A DNA stretch of 64,000 nucleotides. Origin: Roseobacter sp. (GTDB lineage Bacteria; Pseudomonadota; Alphaproteobacteria; Rhodobacterales; Rhodobacteraceae). Position 1 is the first letter of the stretch, and every line of letters begins with the position of its first letter. This document shows, in pieces, positions 9,816 through 21,313 of this stretch. The stretch spans positions 30,750-94,749 of the forward strand of contig JAGXGZ010000028.1 of assembly GCA_024636495.1 (NCBI GenBank), written 5' to 3'. The translations under genes were made by a program, and so were the position numbers. The notes under the pieces are model-generated. The model had not been told where the DNA came from. It made no database searches and saw only the letters and a program-made list of their open reading frames with translations.

Positions 9816-9857
9816 GGGCATCGACTGCGCCCGATAACCTGCGCCGGGTAAGGATGG

Positions 9858-11000
9858 CTAACGCGCTGCGTTCAATATGTCCACAAGTTCTGCGTGGTTA
9901 AGAGTGAACGGATTGCCCTTCATCGAGGATGACCCAGCGGAGGCAGAGGCAACCTGAGTGAAGTCAGAGAGCGAAAGCCCCATCTTTTCGAGGCCGCGCA
10001 GCCCCATATCCTGTGACCAGTGCCGCAGACCGGATACCCCCGATTTGCCGGGCTGTGATCCGAAACTGGTGTCTATCTGGTCAATAACCCATTGTAGACG
10101 AACGTTTATTTCGCTGTTTGCCGGTGCATGACGCAGATGAGATTCCAAAACGGCAGGGAGCAGCGTACCACATATCTCGCCATGGGGCGCACCGGTTTTA
10201 CCGCCGATCACCCCGGCAAAACCATGCACAGCACCCAGCCCGGCATTGGCCAAGGCCAGACCGCCCCACGTGCTGACCGTTGCCATTTCGTCCCACGCGG
10301 CGGGGCTGTCGTTTTCGACCAAATCCTTTAACACACTTAGGCCTTTGGGAATGGCCTGCACACACAGCGCATCGGTCATCGGGTTCGCTTTGACGGATAG
10401 ATAGGGTTCGATCACTTGGGTGATCGCGTCCAGCCCAGCAGCAAGGGCAACCCGCTTGGGCGCGCCCTGCATCAGGCCCGCGTCAACAATCGCAATGTCC
10501 GGGATCATCCGCGCATCACGCAGGCTGACCTTGATGCCGTGTTCGGGCACCGAGATGACGGCGTTCTTTGTGACTTCAGCGCCCGTGCCCGCAGTCGTCG
10601 GAAGGGCGATGAACGGCAGGGGGGCGTGTTCCAGCGCGCGGCCTGTGCCCACGACCTCAAGATAGTCTTGCGGGGGGCCGGGGCAGGGGATCAGCGCGGC
10701 CAAGGCCTTGGCAAAGTCGATCACGGCCCCGCCGCCCAACGCGATCACAACATCTGGATTGACGCCTTTGATCTGTTCAAGGGCGGCTATGATATCGGGC
10801 AAACTAGGCTCTTGAACACAAGACAAAGTGTTGACCTGCAAACCCGCATCATGACAGGCCGTGACCAACCATTGCGCCCTTTGTGCTGTGGCCCCATGAA
10901 CCAACAACACATTGTTACCAAAGGATTTTGCCAACGCTGGGGTCTTGGCGCTTTGACCGCGCCCGAAATGGATCGCCTGAGGGCTTAGGAATGAAAACAT
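9858..11000 (-). CDS. Iron-containing alcohol dehydrogenase
   Basis: GGGAVID, PTTAGTGAE, DAITQVIE and GLGAVHG motifs. Confidence 0.9.
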   Translation of the reverse strand: MFSFLSPQAIHFGRGQSAKTPALAKSFGNNVLLVHGATAQRAQWLVTACHDAGLQVNTLSCVQEPSLPDIIAALEQIKGVNPDVVIALGGGAVIDFAKALAALIPCPGPPQDYLEVVGTGRALEHAPLPFIALPTTAGTGAEVTKNAVISVPEHGIKVSLRDARMIPDIAIVDAGLMQGAPKRVALAAGLDAITQVIEPYLSVKANPMTDALCVQAIPKGLSVLKDLVENDSPAAWDEMATVSTWGGLALANAGLGAVHGFAGVIGGKTGAPHGEICGTLLPAVLESHLRHAPANSEINVRLQWVIDQIDTSFGSQPGKSGVSGLRHWSQDMGLRGLEKMGLSLSDFTQVASASAGSSSMKGNPFTLNHAELVDILNAAR

Positions 11001-11027
11001 GTCGTACCTTTGTGCAAAACCGCCCCT

Positions 11028-12515
11028 TTAGACGCTTAGGGTCGCCTCAACGGCCCTTCTCCACGATGTGTATTTTGTATCCCGCAGATCAGCCTCCATC
11101 TGGGGTGAAAACTGGGTTTCGCGGGCCCAAGAGGCGGCAAATCCAGCCTGATCGGGGTAGATGCCTGCGCGCATGCCAGCCAGCCATGCAACCCCAGATG
11201 CCGTTGTCTCGTGGTTGACGGGTCGGTCCACGGGGGCTGCGATAATATCGGACAGAAACTGCATCGCCCAGTCATTTGCCGCCATCCCGCCATCAACGCG
11301 CAAGGTGGGTTGCACGCCGCTGGCCTGCCAGTCGGCCGACATCGCCTCTAGCAGATCGCGGGTCTGATAGCCGACGCTTTCAAGGGCTGCCTTGGCCATC
11401 TCGGCGGGGCCAGTGTTGCGGGTCAGCCCAAAGGTGGCCCCACGGCAGTCAGGGTTCCAATAGGGCGCGCCTAGGCCCACAAAAGCAGGTACGAGAATGA
11501 CATTTTGATGGGGATCGGCCTGTTCGGCCAAGGCCTGCGTTTCGGCGGCGGCACTGATGATTTTCAGCCCGTCGCGCAGCCATTGCACAACCGCGCCCGC
11601 CACAAAAATCGATCCCTCAAGCGCGTAGGTCGGTTTACCGTCCAGCTGATAGGCGATGGTGGTCAGCAGCCGGTTTTGTGATGCAACAGGCGTGTCGCCT
11701 GTGTTCATCAGTGCAAAACAGCCCGTCCCATAGGTAGATTTCAGCATCCCCGGTTCAAAGCAGGCCTGCCCGATGGTGGCGGCTTGTTGGTCGCCCGCAA
11801 CGCCGTAGATCGGAACGGCGCTGCCCAGAATGTCGGGCTGCGTCTGGCCGAAATCAGCGGCGCAATCCTTGACCTCGGGCAGCATGTTCATCGGGATATT
11901 CAGCAGGTCGCAGATGGTCTTGCTCCACCGGCCTTTGTGGATGTCATAAAGCATGGTGCGCGCGGCATTTGTGGCGTCGGTGGCATGGGTTGCACCGCCC
12001 GTCAGCTTCCAGATCAGATAGCAATCAACCGTGCCAAACAGCAATTCGCCCTTGGCGGCACGGTCGCGGGCACCGTCAACATGATCCAAGATCCACGCCA
12101 GTTTGGTCGCCGAGAAATACGGATCCAGCAGCAGACCCGTGCGCGCGGTAATCATCGCCTCGTGGCCCGCATCCCGCAAACGGCGGCAGGCATCCGCGGT
12201 ACGGCGGTCTTGCCAGACGATGGCATTGTAAAGCGGCGCGCCAGTTTTCTTGTCCCAGACAATCACGGTTTCGCGCTGGTTGGTAATTCCGATCCCGGCA
12301 ATATCAGATGCGCCCAGGCCAGCGCTGGTGATCGCGTCGCGGCAGGTGGCAACTGTCGTGTCCCACAAATCCTGTGGGGCATGTTCAACCCAACCAGACT
12401 GAGGGAAATGCTGTGCGAATTCTTGCTGGGATTGCGATGTGGGGCGCATGTCTGCGTCAAACACAATTGCACGGGTCGAGGTCGTGCCCTGATCAATGGC
12501 AAGGATATAGGTCAT
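11028..12515 (-). CDS. glpK: Glycerol kinase
   Basis: [25 protein letters not shown] and GDQQAA motifs. Confidence 0.95.
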   Translation of the reverse strand: MTYILAIDQGTTSTRAIVFDADMRPTSQSQQEFAQHFPQSGWVEHAPQDLWDTTVATCRDAITSAGLGASDIAGIGITNQRETVIVWDKKTGAPLYNAIVWQDRRTADACRRLRDAGHEAMITARTGLLLDPYFSATKLAWILDHVDGARDRAAKGELLFGTVDCYLIWKLTGGATHATDATNAARTMLYDIHKGRWSKTICDLLNIPMNMLPEVKDCAADFGQTQPDILGSAVPIYGVAGDQQAATIGQACFEPGMLKSTYGTGCFALMNTGDTPVASQNRLLTTIAYQLDGKPTYALEGSIFVAGAVVQWLRDGLKIISAAAETQALAEQADPHQNVILVPAFVGLGAPYWNPDCRGATFGLTRNTGPAEMAKAALESVGYQTRDLLEAMSADWQASGVQPTLRVDGGMAANDWAMQFLSDIIAAPVDRPVNHETTASGVAWLAGMRAGIYPDQAGFAASWARETQFSPQMEADLRDTKYTSWRRAVEATLSV

Positions 12516-12619
12516 AGATGTCCCCGTTGCTTTGGACGAAAAAAGCGACCACCAGAAAAAGCAGCCGCTGATTTAACCGGGCAGGGCGCAGGCCCCACCG
12601 GTTTCGGAAATCCGGGTGA

Positions 12620-12645
12620 TCCGGGGCCAGCGGACTGGCCCCGGA
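12620..12645 (-). terminator. GC-rich hairpin after the binding-protein gene (mRNA stabiliser or partial terminator)
   Basis: TCCGGGGCCAG-CGGA-CTGGCCCCGGA, 11-bp stem, no U-tract. Confidence 0.5.
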
Positions 12646-12653
12646 GTGTTCGC

Positions 12654-14375
12654 TTACTGCCAGGATTTGATCAGCTCGTCATAGGAAATCGTGACGGGCG
12701 TTTCATCTTCATTGGCCAGTTTCGCTTTGGGCGAACCGGGCTGGGACAGCCAGTACTCGGGGTCACGCTCTTCGTTCATGACTGGGCCAAGATCGCCCTG
12801 AACACCTGCGCGCTCAAGACGGATCAGAACTTTTTCCTGATCTGCGCAAAGAGCATCAAGCGCTTCTTGTGGGGTTTTCGCACCGGACATTGCGTCGCCG
12901 ATGTTCTGCCACCACAGCTGGGCCAGCTTTGGATAGTCAGGTACGTTCGTGCCGGTTGGCGACCACTGCACGCGCGCTGGCGAGCGGTAGAATTCAACCA
13001 GACCGCCCAGTTTCGGCGCACGCTCGGTAAAGCTTTCGTGCTGGATCGTGGATTCACGAATGAATGTCAGACCAACATGGCTTTTCTTTACGTCCACAGT
13101 CTTGGAAGTCACGAACTGCGCATAAAGCCAAGCGGCTTGGGCGCGGTCCACAGGTGTCGATTCCATCAGCGTCCAGGAACCGGCATCTTGATAGCCGATC
13201 TTGGTGCCTTCGGTCCAATATGCACCGTGCGGCGAAGGGGCCATGCGCCATTTTGGCGTGCCGTCTTCGTTCATCACAGGCAGATCGGGTTCAACGGATG
13301 CTGCGGTAAAGGCCGTGTACCAGAACATCTGCTGGGCGACGTTACCTTGGGCAGGAATTGGGCCTGCTTCAGAGAATGTCATACCGGCAGCGGCAGGCGG
13401 GGAGTATTTTTCCAGCCATTCGATTGCTTTGGTCACAGCATAAACTGCTGCGGGTCCGTTTGTGGCACCGCCACGCGCGACGCAGGATCCGACGGGCTGC
13501 GATTTTTCGTTAACGCGGATACCCCATTCATCGACGGGCAGACCGTTTGGTTCGCCCACATCCCCGGCACCAGCCATGGACAGCCACGCATCAGTATAGC
13601 GCCACCCCAAGGACGGGTCTTTCTTGCCGTAATCCATGTTGCCAAAGACTTCGCCCTCGACCCCAAGACGCGAAAGGTCACGACCGGTGAAGAATTCAGC
13701 GATATCCTCGTAAGCGGACCAGTTGACCGGAACGCCCAGATCGTAACCGTATTTCTCTTTGAAATCCGCCTTGTTCTGTTCGTCGTTGAACCAATCGTAG
13801 CGGAACCAATATAGGTTCGCGAACTGCTGGTCTGGCAACTGATAGACTTTGCCATCCGGGCCCGTTGTGAACGAAAGACCGATGAAATCTTCCAGATCAA
13901 GGTTGGGGTTGGTTACTGCCGCCCCTTCGCCTGCCATCCAGTCGGTCAGGTTGCGCGCCTGCTTGTAGCGCCAGTGCGTACCGATCAGATCAGAGTCGTT
14001 GATATAGGCATCATAGATGTTTTCGCCCGACTGCATCTGTGTTTGCAGTTTTTCAACAACGTCGCCTTCGCCGATCAGGTCATGGGTGACCTTGATGCCG
14101 GTGATGGCTTCGAATGCAGGTGCCAAGACGCTGGATTCGTACTCGTGTGTACCAATCGTCTCAGACACCACATTAATCGACATGCCTTGGAAAGGCGCTG
14201 CCGCATCGACGAAGAACTGAAGTTCAGCTTCTTGGTCGGCGCGTGACAGCGTTGACAGATCGCCAATTTCGCTGTCGAGGAATGCCTTGGCGGCATCCAT
14301 ATCTGCGAACGCAGGCGCGGCAAACATGCAAGCAGCAAGCCCGATCGCAGTCGTTCCTTTTAGTCGCAAGTTCAT
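12654..14375 (-). CDS. glpV: Glycerol ABC transporter solute-binding protein
   Basis: Signal peptide, CUT1-type binding protein, gene order identical to rhizobial glpDSTPQUVK. Confidence 0.88.
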   Translation of the reverse strand: MNLRLKGTTAIGLAACMFAAPAFADMDAAKAFLDSEIGDLSTLSRADQEAELQFFVDAAAPFQGMSINVVSETIGTHEYESSVLAPAFEAITGIKVTHDLIGEGDVVEKLQTQMQSGENIYDAYINDSDLIGTHWRYKQARNLTDWMAGEGAAVTNPNLDLEDFIGLSFTTGPDGKVYQLPDQQFANLYWFRYDWFNDEQNKADFKEKYGYDLGVPVNWSAYEDIAEFFTGRDLSRLGVEGEVFGNMDYGKKDPSLGWRYTDAWLSMAGAGDVGEPNGLPVDEWGIRVNEKSQPVGSCVARGGATNGPAAVYAVTKAIEWLEKYSPPAAAGMTFSEAGPIPAQGNVAQQMFWYTAFTAASVEPDLPVMNEDGTPKWRMAPSPHGAYWTEGTKIGYQDAGSWTLMESTPVDRAQAAWLYAQFVTSKTVDVKKSHVGLTFIRESTIQHESFTERAPKLGGLVEFYRSPARVQWSPTGTNVPDYPKLAQLWWQNIGDAMSGAKTPQEALDALCADQEKVLIRLERAGVQGDLGPVMNEERDPEYWLSQPGSPKAKLANEDETPVTISYDELIKSWQ

Positions 14376-14443
14376 TATTGTTCCTCCCTAAATTAGAACA
14401 TTTTTCGGTCACCCGGTTCTTGCGTGCCGGGCTACCCATTCGA

Positions 14444-14716
14444 TTACACCCAGCGGAAAACCGCGATGGCGTAAAAGAAACACACAATCAGTGCCCCCCA
14501 TTGGGGTGCGCTGAGCAGTCCAAGCCAGGCCAGATTGATAAAGGCCGAGCCCAGTAGCGTGATGAACAACCTGTCACCACGGGTCGTCTCGATCCCTAAA
14601 ACGCCGTTGCGCGGCACCTCGGGAAATTTGATTGCAAGGATCGTAAAGGTGATCAGCGTCACCGCGATGATCCCGAAGAAGGCGGCGGTAGGCCAAGTCC
14701 ATGCCATCCATTCCAT
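14444..14716 (-). CDS. glpU: Small integral membrane protein (DUF2160)
   Basis: WMAWTWPTA and TTRGDRLFITLLG motifs; position in the operon. Confidence 0.85.
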   Translation of the reverse strand: MEWMAWTWPTAAFFGIIAVTLITFTILAIKFPEVPRNGVLGIETTRGDRLFITLLGSAFINLAWLGLLSAPQWGALIVCFFYAIAVFRWV

Positions 14717-14728
14717 TGCGAATTCTCC

Positions 14729-15576
<848 letters not shown>

Positions 15577-15577
<1 letters not shown>

Positions 15578-16449
15578 CAGTGGCCATCCCTTTTATCAAG
15601 GTTCGTCATCACGGTGTAGAAGACATAAGACACCAGCAAGATCACAAGATAATACATGATCGAAAACGCTGCAGCCGGGCCTAGGTCGAATTGGCCAAGG
15701 GCCATTTTGACCAGATCAATCGACAGGAACGTCGTCGCATTGCCGGGCCCGCCGCCCGTCACAACAAACGGTTCGGTATAGATCATAAAGCTATCCATAA
15801 AGCGCAGAAGAATGGCGATCATCAACACGCCCATGATCTTGGGCAGCTCGATAAAGCGGAACACTTTCCAGCGGCTGGCCTGATCGATTTTGGCGGCTTG
15901 GTAATAGGCATCGGGGATCGATTGCAGACCGGCATAGGCAAGCAGGGCCACCAGTGACGTCCAATGCCAGACGTCCATCACAATGACGGTGATCCATGCG
16001 GCAACGGGGTCTTGGGTATAGTTATAGTCAATTCCCATTGCAGCCAGCGTATGCCCCAGCAGGCCGATATCGACGCGCCCGAAAATCTGCCAGATCGTGC
16101 CGACAACATTCCACGGGATCAGCAAGGGCAGGGACATCAGCACCAAACAGAGCGACGCCCAGAACCCCTTTTTGGGCATGTTGAGGGCCACAAAAATGCC
16201 CAGGGGAATTTCGATGGCAAGAATGATGACGGAAAAGATGATCTGACGCCCGAACGCGCTCCACATCCGCTCGGAAGCCAGCATTTCCTTGAACCATTCA
16301 AGCCCGGCCCAAAAGAACTGGTTGTTTCCGAAGGTATCTTGGACCGAATAATTTACGACCGTCATCAGCGGGATCACCGCCGAGAACGCGACCAACACAA
16401 GAACCGGAAGGATCAGGAACCATGCTTTTTGGTTAACTGTCTTGTTCAT
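15577..16449 (-). CDS. glpP: Glycerol ABC permease
   Basis: YYQAAKIDQA EAA-like motif, WHWTSL. Confidence 0.88.
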
Positions 16450-16451
16450 GG

Positions 16452-17531
16452 TTATGCCACCTTTGGCGCAACACGCCAGCTATCTGCGTAGACATTGACG
16501 CCTGCGGGATCAAAAACGATCCGGTTCATATCGGGCGAGATTTCGGCACCTTCTTTGGCGATCACATTGATCTGGGTGCCTTGGAAATCGGCGCGCACGA
16601 TCTTGTGGCGGCCCACGTCTTCGACCCGTTTGATGGTCACGGGCAGGCCCACGTCGCCCGAACTAAGCGATGTGAATTCTGGCCGTACGCCCAGCTCTAC
16701 CTTGCCGGTCGGCGTGCCAAACCCCTTGCCCAATGAAACCTCGGTGCCGGCCAGCACGGCCTTGTCACCCGACACTTTTGCATCCAGCAGGTTCATACCG
16801 GGCGAGCCGATGAAATAGCCGACGAAGGTATGCTCGGGCGTCTCGAACAGCTCTTGTGGGGTGCCCATTTGCACCACGCGCCCGTCAAACATAACCACCA
16901 CCTTATCGGCAAAGGTCAGCGCCTCGGTCTGGTCATGGGTCACGTAAATCATCGTGTGGCCAAATTCGTGGTGCAGGGATTTGAGCTGCGTGCGCAATTC
17001 CCATTTCATATGCGGGTCAATCACGGTGAGCGGTTCATCAAACAGCAGCGCATTCACATCTTCGCGCACCATCCCCCGCCCAAGAGAGATTTTTTGCTTG
17101 GCATCAGCCGTCAGCCCACGCGCCTTGCGATCTAGGGTGGATTCCATCCCGATCATCGCGGCGATCTGTTGGACGCGCGCAGCGATATAGGCCGGATCAG
17201 CGCCGCGGTTGCGCAGGGGAAAGGCCAGATTGTCGCGCACGGTCATTGTATCATAGACCACAGGAAACTGGAAAACTTGCGCGATATTGCGCTGCGTGGT
17301 CGGGGCCATGGTCACGTCTTTATCGTCGAACAGAATGCGCCCCTGACTGGGGTGCAACAGGCCGGAAATGATGTTCAGCAAGGTGGATTTACCGCAGCCC
17401 GATGCGCCAAGCAGCGCATAGGCCTCGCCGTCGGCCCAATCAAGGTTCAGCTCTTTGAGCGCAAAGTCGTCTTCGCGGCTGGGCTTGGGCAGATAGGAAT
17501 GTGCCAGATTATCGAGGGTGATTTTTGCCAT
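16452..17531 (-). CDS. glpT: Glycerol ABC ATP-binding subunit
   Basis: Walker A GASGCGKST, Walker B LLFDEP, YVTHDQ. Confidence 0.9.
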   Translation of the reverse strand: MAKITLDNLAHSYLPKPSREDDFALKELNLDWADGEAYALLGASGCGKSTLLNIISGLLHPSQGRILFDDKDVTMAPTTQRNIAQVFQFPVVYDTMTVRDNLAFPLRNRGADPAYIAARVQQIAAMIGMESTLDRKARGLTADAKQKISLGRGMVREDVNALLFDEPLTVIDPHMKWELRTQLKSLHHEFGHTMIYVTHDQTEALTFADKVVVMFDGRVVQMGTPQELFETPEHTFVGYFIGSPGMNLLDAKVSGDKAVLAGTEVSLGKGFGTPTGKVELGVRPEFTSLSSGDVGLPVTIKRVEDVGRHKIVRADFQGTQINVIAKEGAEISPDMNRIVFDPAGVNVYADSWRVAPKVA

Positions 17532-17542
17532 GTCGTGCTCCC

Positions 17543-18631
17543 TCAGGCTGCTGTTGCATAAGATGCAGGCGCGACCGAAGTGCCGTCTTCTGCAAAGATA
17601 TAGACGTGGGACGGGTCAAGATAGACGGTCAATTCTGCGCCGATCTTAAGGTTTTTGACCCCGTGGATCAGCCCGACCCAGTTGTCGCCGTGGTGATCAA
17701 GATGCACAAAGGTCTCGGAACCTGTGATCTCGGTCACTTGCAGTTTTGCGCTGAATTTCATCGCCGAGGCGGCTGGTTTGTCCAGCTCAAGGTGGTTGGG
17801 GCGGAACCCGGCAAGGTAATCACCATCGGGCAAACCTGCAAAGGCGCCGGCCGCCGCTGTTGTTTGATCATCCCCAAAACCAAGGCTTTCACCGGATTTG
17901 GTGATGTTAAGGAAATTCATCGGCGGATCGGAAAACACCCATGCTGTGGTCGCGTTGACCGGCTGGCGGTAAACGATCGGTGTCAGACCAAACTGCGTGA
18001 TCCGCCCTTCCCACATGGTCGCGGTATTACCGCCCAGCAACAACGCCTCTTCAGGTTCGGTCGTGGCATAGACAAAGATTGATCCCGCTTCTTCGAAAAT
18101 CTTTGGGATTTCGGCGCGCAGTTCTTCGCGCAGCTTATAGTCAAGGTTCGCCAAAGGCTCGTCCAGCAGCACCAGACCCGCATCTTTAACCAGCGCGCGT
18201 GCCAAGGCACAGCGCTGCTGTTGGCCGCCCGACAACTCAAGCGGTTTGCGATCCAGAAACGGGGAAAGCTTCATCAGATCAGCGGCTTTTTTCACAGCCG
18301 CGTCAATCTGTTGGGGCGATTGTTTGAGCAACCGCATCGGGCTGGCGATATTGTCATAAACCGTCATTGAGGGGTAGTTGATGAATTGCTGATAGACCAT
18401 GGCAACGCCACGATCCTGAACGCGCATGCCAGTGACGTCTTTGCCGTTCCAGATCACCTTGCCGGTATTTGGCACATCAAGCCCCGCCATCAGACGCATC
18501 AGCGATGTCTTGCCCGCTGATGTCGGCCCAAGTAGAACGTTCATCGTGCCCGATTTCAGTTCAAGATCAGTAGGATGAATATGGGTCTGGCCGTTAACCA
18601 CCTTCGAGACACCCTCAAGAACAAGTGACAT
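17543..18631 (-). CDS. glpS: Glycerol ABC ATP-binding subunit
   Basis: GPTSAGKT, LSGGQQQR, LLDEP. Confidence 0.9.
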   Translation of the reverse strand: MSLVLEGVSKVVNGQTHIHPTDLELKSGTMNVLLGPTSAGKTSLMRLMAGLDVPNTGKVIWNGKDVTGMRVQDRGVAMVYQQFINYPSMTVYDNIASPMRLLKQSPQQIDAAVKKAADLMKLSPFLDRKPLELSGGQQQRCALARALVKDAGLVLLDEPLANLDYKLREELRAEIPKIFEEAGSIFVYATTEPEEALLLGGNTATMWEGRITQFGLTPIVYRQPVNATTAWVFSDPPMNFLNITKSGESLGFGDDQTTAAAGAFAGLPDGDYLAGFRPNHLELDKPAASAMKFSAKLQVTEITGSETFVHLDHHGDNWVGLIHGVKNLKIGAELTVYLDPSHVYIFAEDGTSVAPASYATAA

Positions 18632-20253
18632 TAGCCTCTCCCTTTTTGCAGCTTTGGCTGAGCCGTGCTGGCGGATGCCTGCTGGCTTTGCGCCATCCAG
18701 GTATCAAGCGTTTCGATTTGATCAGCGGACAAGCGAAGCCCCAGTTTCGAGCGACGCCAAACCACGTCATCGGCCACGCGGGCATATTCTTTGTCCATCA
18801 GCCACAGCACTTCGCGCTCTGTCAGGGTGGCCCCGAAATCCTGTCCCAGATCGTCTGGTGTCTTGGCATCGCCCAAAACGCCAAACGCTTCCGTTCCATA
18901 GGCTTTCACGAGCCGCGTGGCCCATCTTGGCGTCAAAAACGTATATTCAGCCTTCAACCTGTCGGTCAAAGCGCCGACACCATCCACCGCGAAATCTCCC
19001 CCCGGTAGCGGCACACCGGCGGTCCATGTTCCGGTTGTTTGAGCAAAGAACGGGGCGATCTTTTCAAGCGCGGTTTCGGCCAGCCTGCGGTAGGTCGTGA
19101 TTTTGCCACCAAACACATTGAGCATGGGCGCACCGGCGGTTTCATTCACTTTCAACACATAGTCGCGTGTCGCGGACGTGGCGGACGTTGCACCGTCATC
19201 ATAAAGCGGCCGAACGCCGGAATAGGTCCAGACGATGTCATCTACCGTGACGGGAACCTTGAAGTAGTTGGAGGCAAAATCAACAAGGTATGACTGTTCT
19301 TGCGGTGTGCAGACCGGTTTTTCGGTCACGTCGTCATGTTCGGCATCCGTGGTGCCGATCAGCGTAAAATCGGTCTCGTAGGGTATGGTGAAAATGATCC
19401 GCCCGTCTTCACCCTGAAAGAAATAACATTTGTCGTGGTCATAAAGTTTCGGCACCACAATATGGCTGCCACGCACCAGCCGCACCCCTTCGGTGGAGTT
19501 GATCCGCACCGTGTTGCGAATAACGTTTTCGACCCATGGCCCGCCTGCGTTAACCAACATCCTCGCCCGAACGATACGTTGCGAACCGCCGTCTTTCGGC
19601 TCAAGCGTGATCTGCCAGATCCCGTCGATTTGCTCGGCCGACACGACCTTGGTGCACACATTGATCTTTGCGCCCCGCGCTTCGGCATCGCGGGCGTTCA
19701 GCACAACCAGACGGCTGTCTTCGATCCAGCAATCGGAATACTCATACGCCTTTTCAAAGCGGTCTTGCAGCGGCGAACCCTCTGGCGTTCCGGCCAGCTT
19801 GAGCGATGTCGTCCCCTTGAGGATTTTGCGCCCGCCCAGATTGTCATACATGAACAGACCAATCCGGATCAGCCACGCGGGCCTGCGGCCTTTCATCCAA
19901 GGCATCACAACATTCAGCAGCTTTGAGGTGGGCGTGTCCCCCTCGAACCGCATATCCGGGTGATAGGGCAGCACAAACCGCATTGGCCACGAGATATGAG
20001 GCATCGCGCGCAACAAGGTTTCGCGTTCAATCAACGCCTCGCGCACCAAACGGATTTCCCAGTATTCAAGATACCGCAGCCCACCATGAAACAACTTGGT
20101 CGAGGCGGACGAGGTTGCAGAGGCCAGATCATTCATTTCCGCCAGCTCGACCGACAAACCGCGACCAACCGCATCACGCGCAATGCCGCATCCGTTGATG
20201 CCACCGCCAATAACGAACAGGTCGACGATCTTTTGATCTTCGTGCTGGTTCAA
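18631..20253 (-). CDS. glpD: FAD-dependent glycerol-3-phosphate dehydrogenase
   Basis: GGGINGCG, TSSASTKLFHGGLRYLE and GGKITTYR motifs. TTG at 20253 is preferred because GGAGGAGG lies just upstream; the alternative is ATG at 20274. Confidence 0.93.
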   Translation of the reverse strand: MNQHEDQKIVDLFVIGGGINGCGIARDAVGRGLSVELAEMNDLASATSSASTKLFHGGLRYLEYWEIRLVREALIERETLLRAMPHISWPMRFVLPYHPDMRFEGDTPTSKLLNVVMPWMKGRRPAWLIRIGLFMYDNLGGRKILKGTTSLKLAGTPEGSPLQDRFEKAYEYSDCWIEDSRLVVLNARDAEARGAKINVCTKVVSAEQIDGIWQITLEPKDGGSQRIVRARMLVNAGGPWVENVIRNTVRINSTEGVRLVRGSHIVVPKLYDHDKCYFFQGEDGRIIFTIPYETDFTLIGTTDAEHDDVTEKPVCTPQEQSYLVDFASNYFKVPVTVDDIVWTYSGVRPLYDDGATSATSATRDYVLKVNETAGAPMLNVFGGKITTYRRLAETALEKIAPFFAQTTGTWTAGVPLPGGDFAVDGVGALTDRLKAEYTFLTPRWATRLVKAYGTEAFGVLGDAKTPDDLGQDFGATLTEREVLWLMDKEYARVADDVVWRRSKLGLRLSADQIETLDTWMAQSQQASASTAQPKLQKGRG

Positions 20254-20345
20254 TGAAGCCTCCTCCGCATTCATTTATGCGCCGTAGCCTCCCAGCTTGC
20301 GACGTAGCGTCAGAGAACACGTAATCGGATATTAACGCAAGAACG

Positions 20346-20366
20346 AATGTTCGTTTATGTTCCTTT
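20346..20366. promoter_or_regulatory. Tandem GlpR-like operator half-sites
   Basis: ATGTTCGTTT-ATGTTCCTTT direct repeat; an inverted copy AAAGGAACAT lies at 20483-20492. Confidence 0.6.
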
Positions 20367-20553
20367 TTATGGAACACGCTGATATCAGGTGCTTTTTTCT
20401 TCCCAGACATTCACATTGTGGCCGTTTGTTTGAATTTGCTTTGATTCGAACACTTGACGCTTGGGTAAGACTATTGATTGTTAAAGGAACATCGGGACGA
20501 CATGGCTGATACCTTTGAAAGCTGGCCAAGAATATCCGAACAAAGGGGGGGCG

Positions 20554-21312
20554 ATGGCGTCAAATTTCAGACAACGTGAGATACTCGAGCTTGCGCGCAA
20601 GGACGGCAAGGTCACGGTTGACGGACTTGCCATGCACTATGATGTTACCGTTCAAACCATCCGCAGGGACCTGTCGGATTTGGCCGAAAGCGGGCGGCTT
20701 GAACGGGTTCACGGCGGCGCGGTGATCCCGTCAGGTGTGGTTAATATCGTCTATGACGAACGCCGCCGTCTGAACGAGGCTGGCAAGAAAGCGATCGGTG
20801 TCAGATGCGCGCAGTCGATCCCCGAAGGCGCATCGGTCTTTTTGAATATCGGCACCACAACAGAGGCAGTTGCCCGCGAATTGCTGGATCATGAAAACCT
20901 GCTGGTGGTGACTAATAACCTGAACATTGCAAACATTCTGGCTGCCAACCACAGTTGCGAAATCATCTTGGCCGGTGGCATCTTGCGGCGCGCCGACGGG
21001 GGTATTGTCGGTGGAATGACGGTGGAAATGGTCAAGCAGTTCAAGTTTGACTACTGCGTCTTGGGCTGCTCTGCCATTGACGCTGATGGCGACCTTTTGG
21101 ATTTCGACGGCCAAGAGGTGATGGTCAGCAACACGGCCATCCAAAGATCGCGCAAGGTCATGGTGGTCGCAGATCACCTTAAGTTCGAGCGCACTGCACC
21201 GCTGACCATCTGCACGCTTGGTGATGCCGAGGTGCTGTTTACCGACGCTGCTTTGTCAGACCCGTTGCAGGCCAGTTGTGCGGCGTGGGGCACCGAAGTA
21301 GTGGTGGCGTAA
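20554..21312 (+). CDS. glpR: DeoR-family glycerol regulon repressor
   Basis: VTVQTIRRDLSDL, RVHGGA and IGTTTE motifs; GGGGGG upstream of the ATG. Confidence 0.92.
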   Translation: MASNFRQREILELARKDGKVTVDGLAMHYDVTVQTIRRDLSDLAESGRLERVHGGAVIPSGVVNIVYDERRRLNEAGKKAIGVRCAQSIPEGASVFLNIGTTTEAVARELLDHENLLVVTNNLNIANILAANHSCEIILAGGILRRADGGIVGGMTVEMVKQFKFDYCVLGCSAIDADGDLLDFDGQEVMVSNTAIQRSRKVMVVADHLKFERTAPLTICTLGDAEVLFTDAALSDPLQASCAAWGTEVVVA

Positions 21313-21313
21313 G

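Noticed and set aside
11784-13814. 676-aa plus-strand ORF
   Set aside because: Entirely antisense to glpK and glpV; no recognisable domain.
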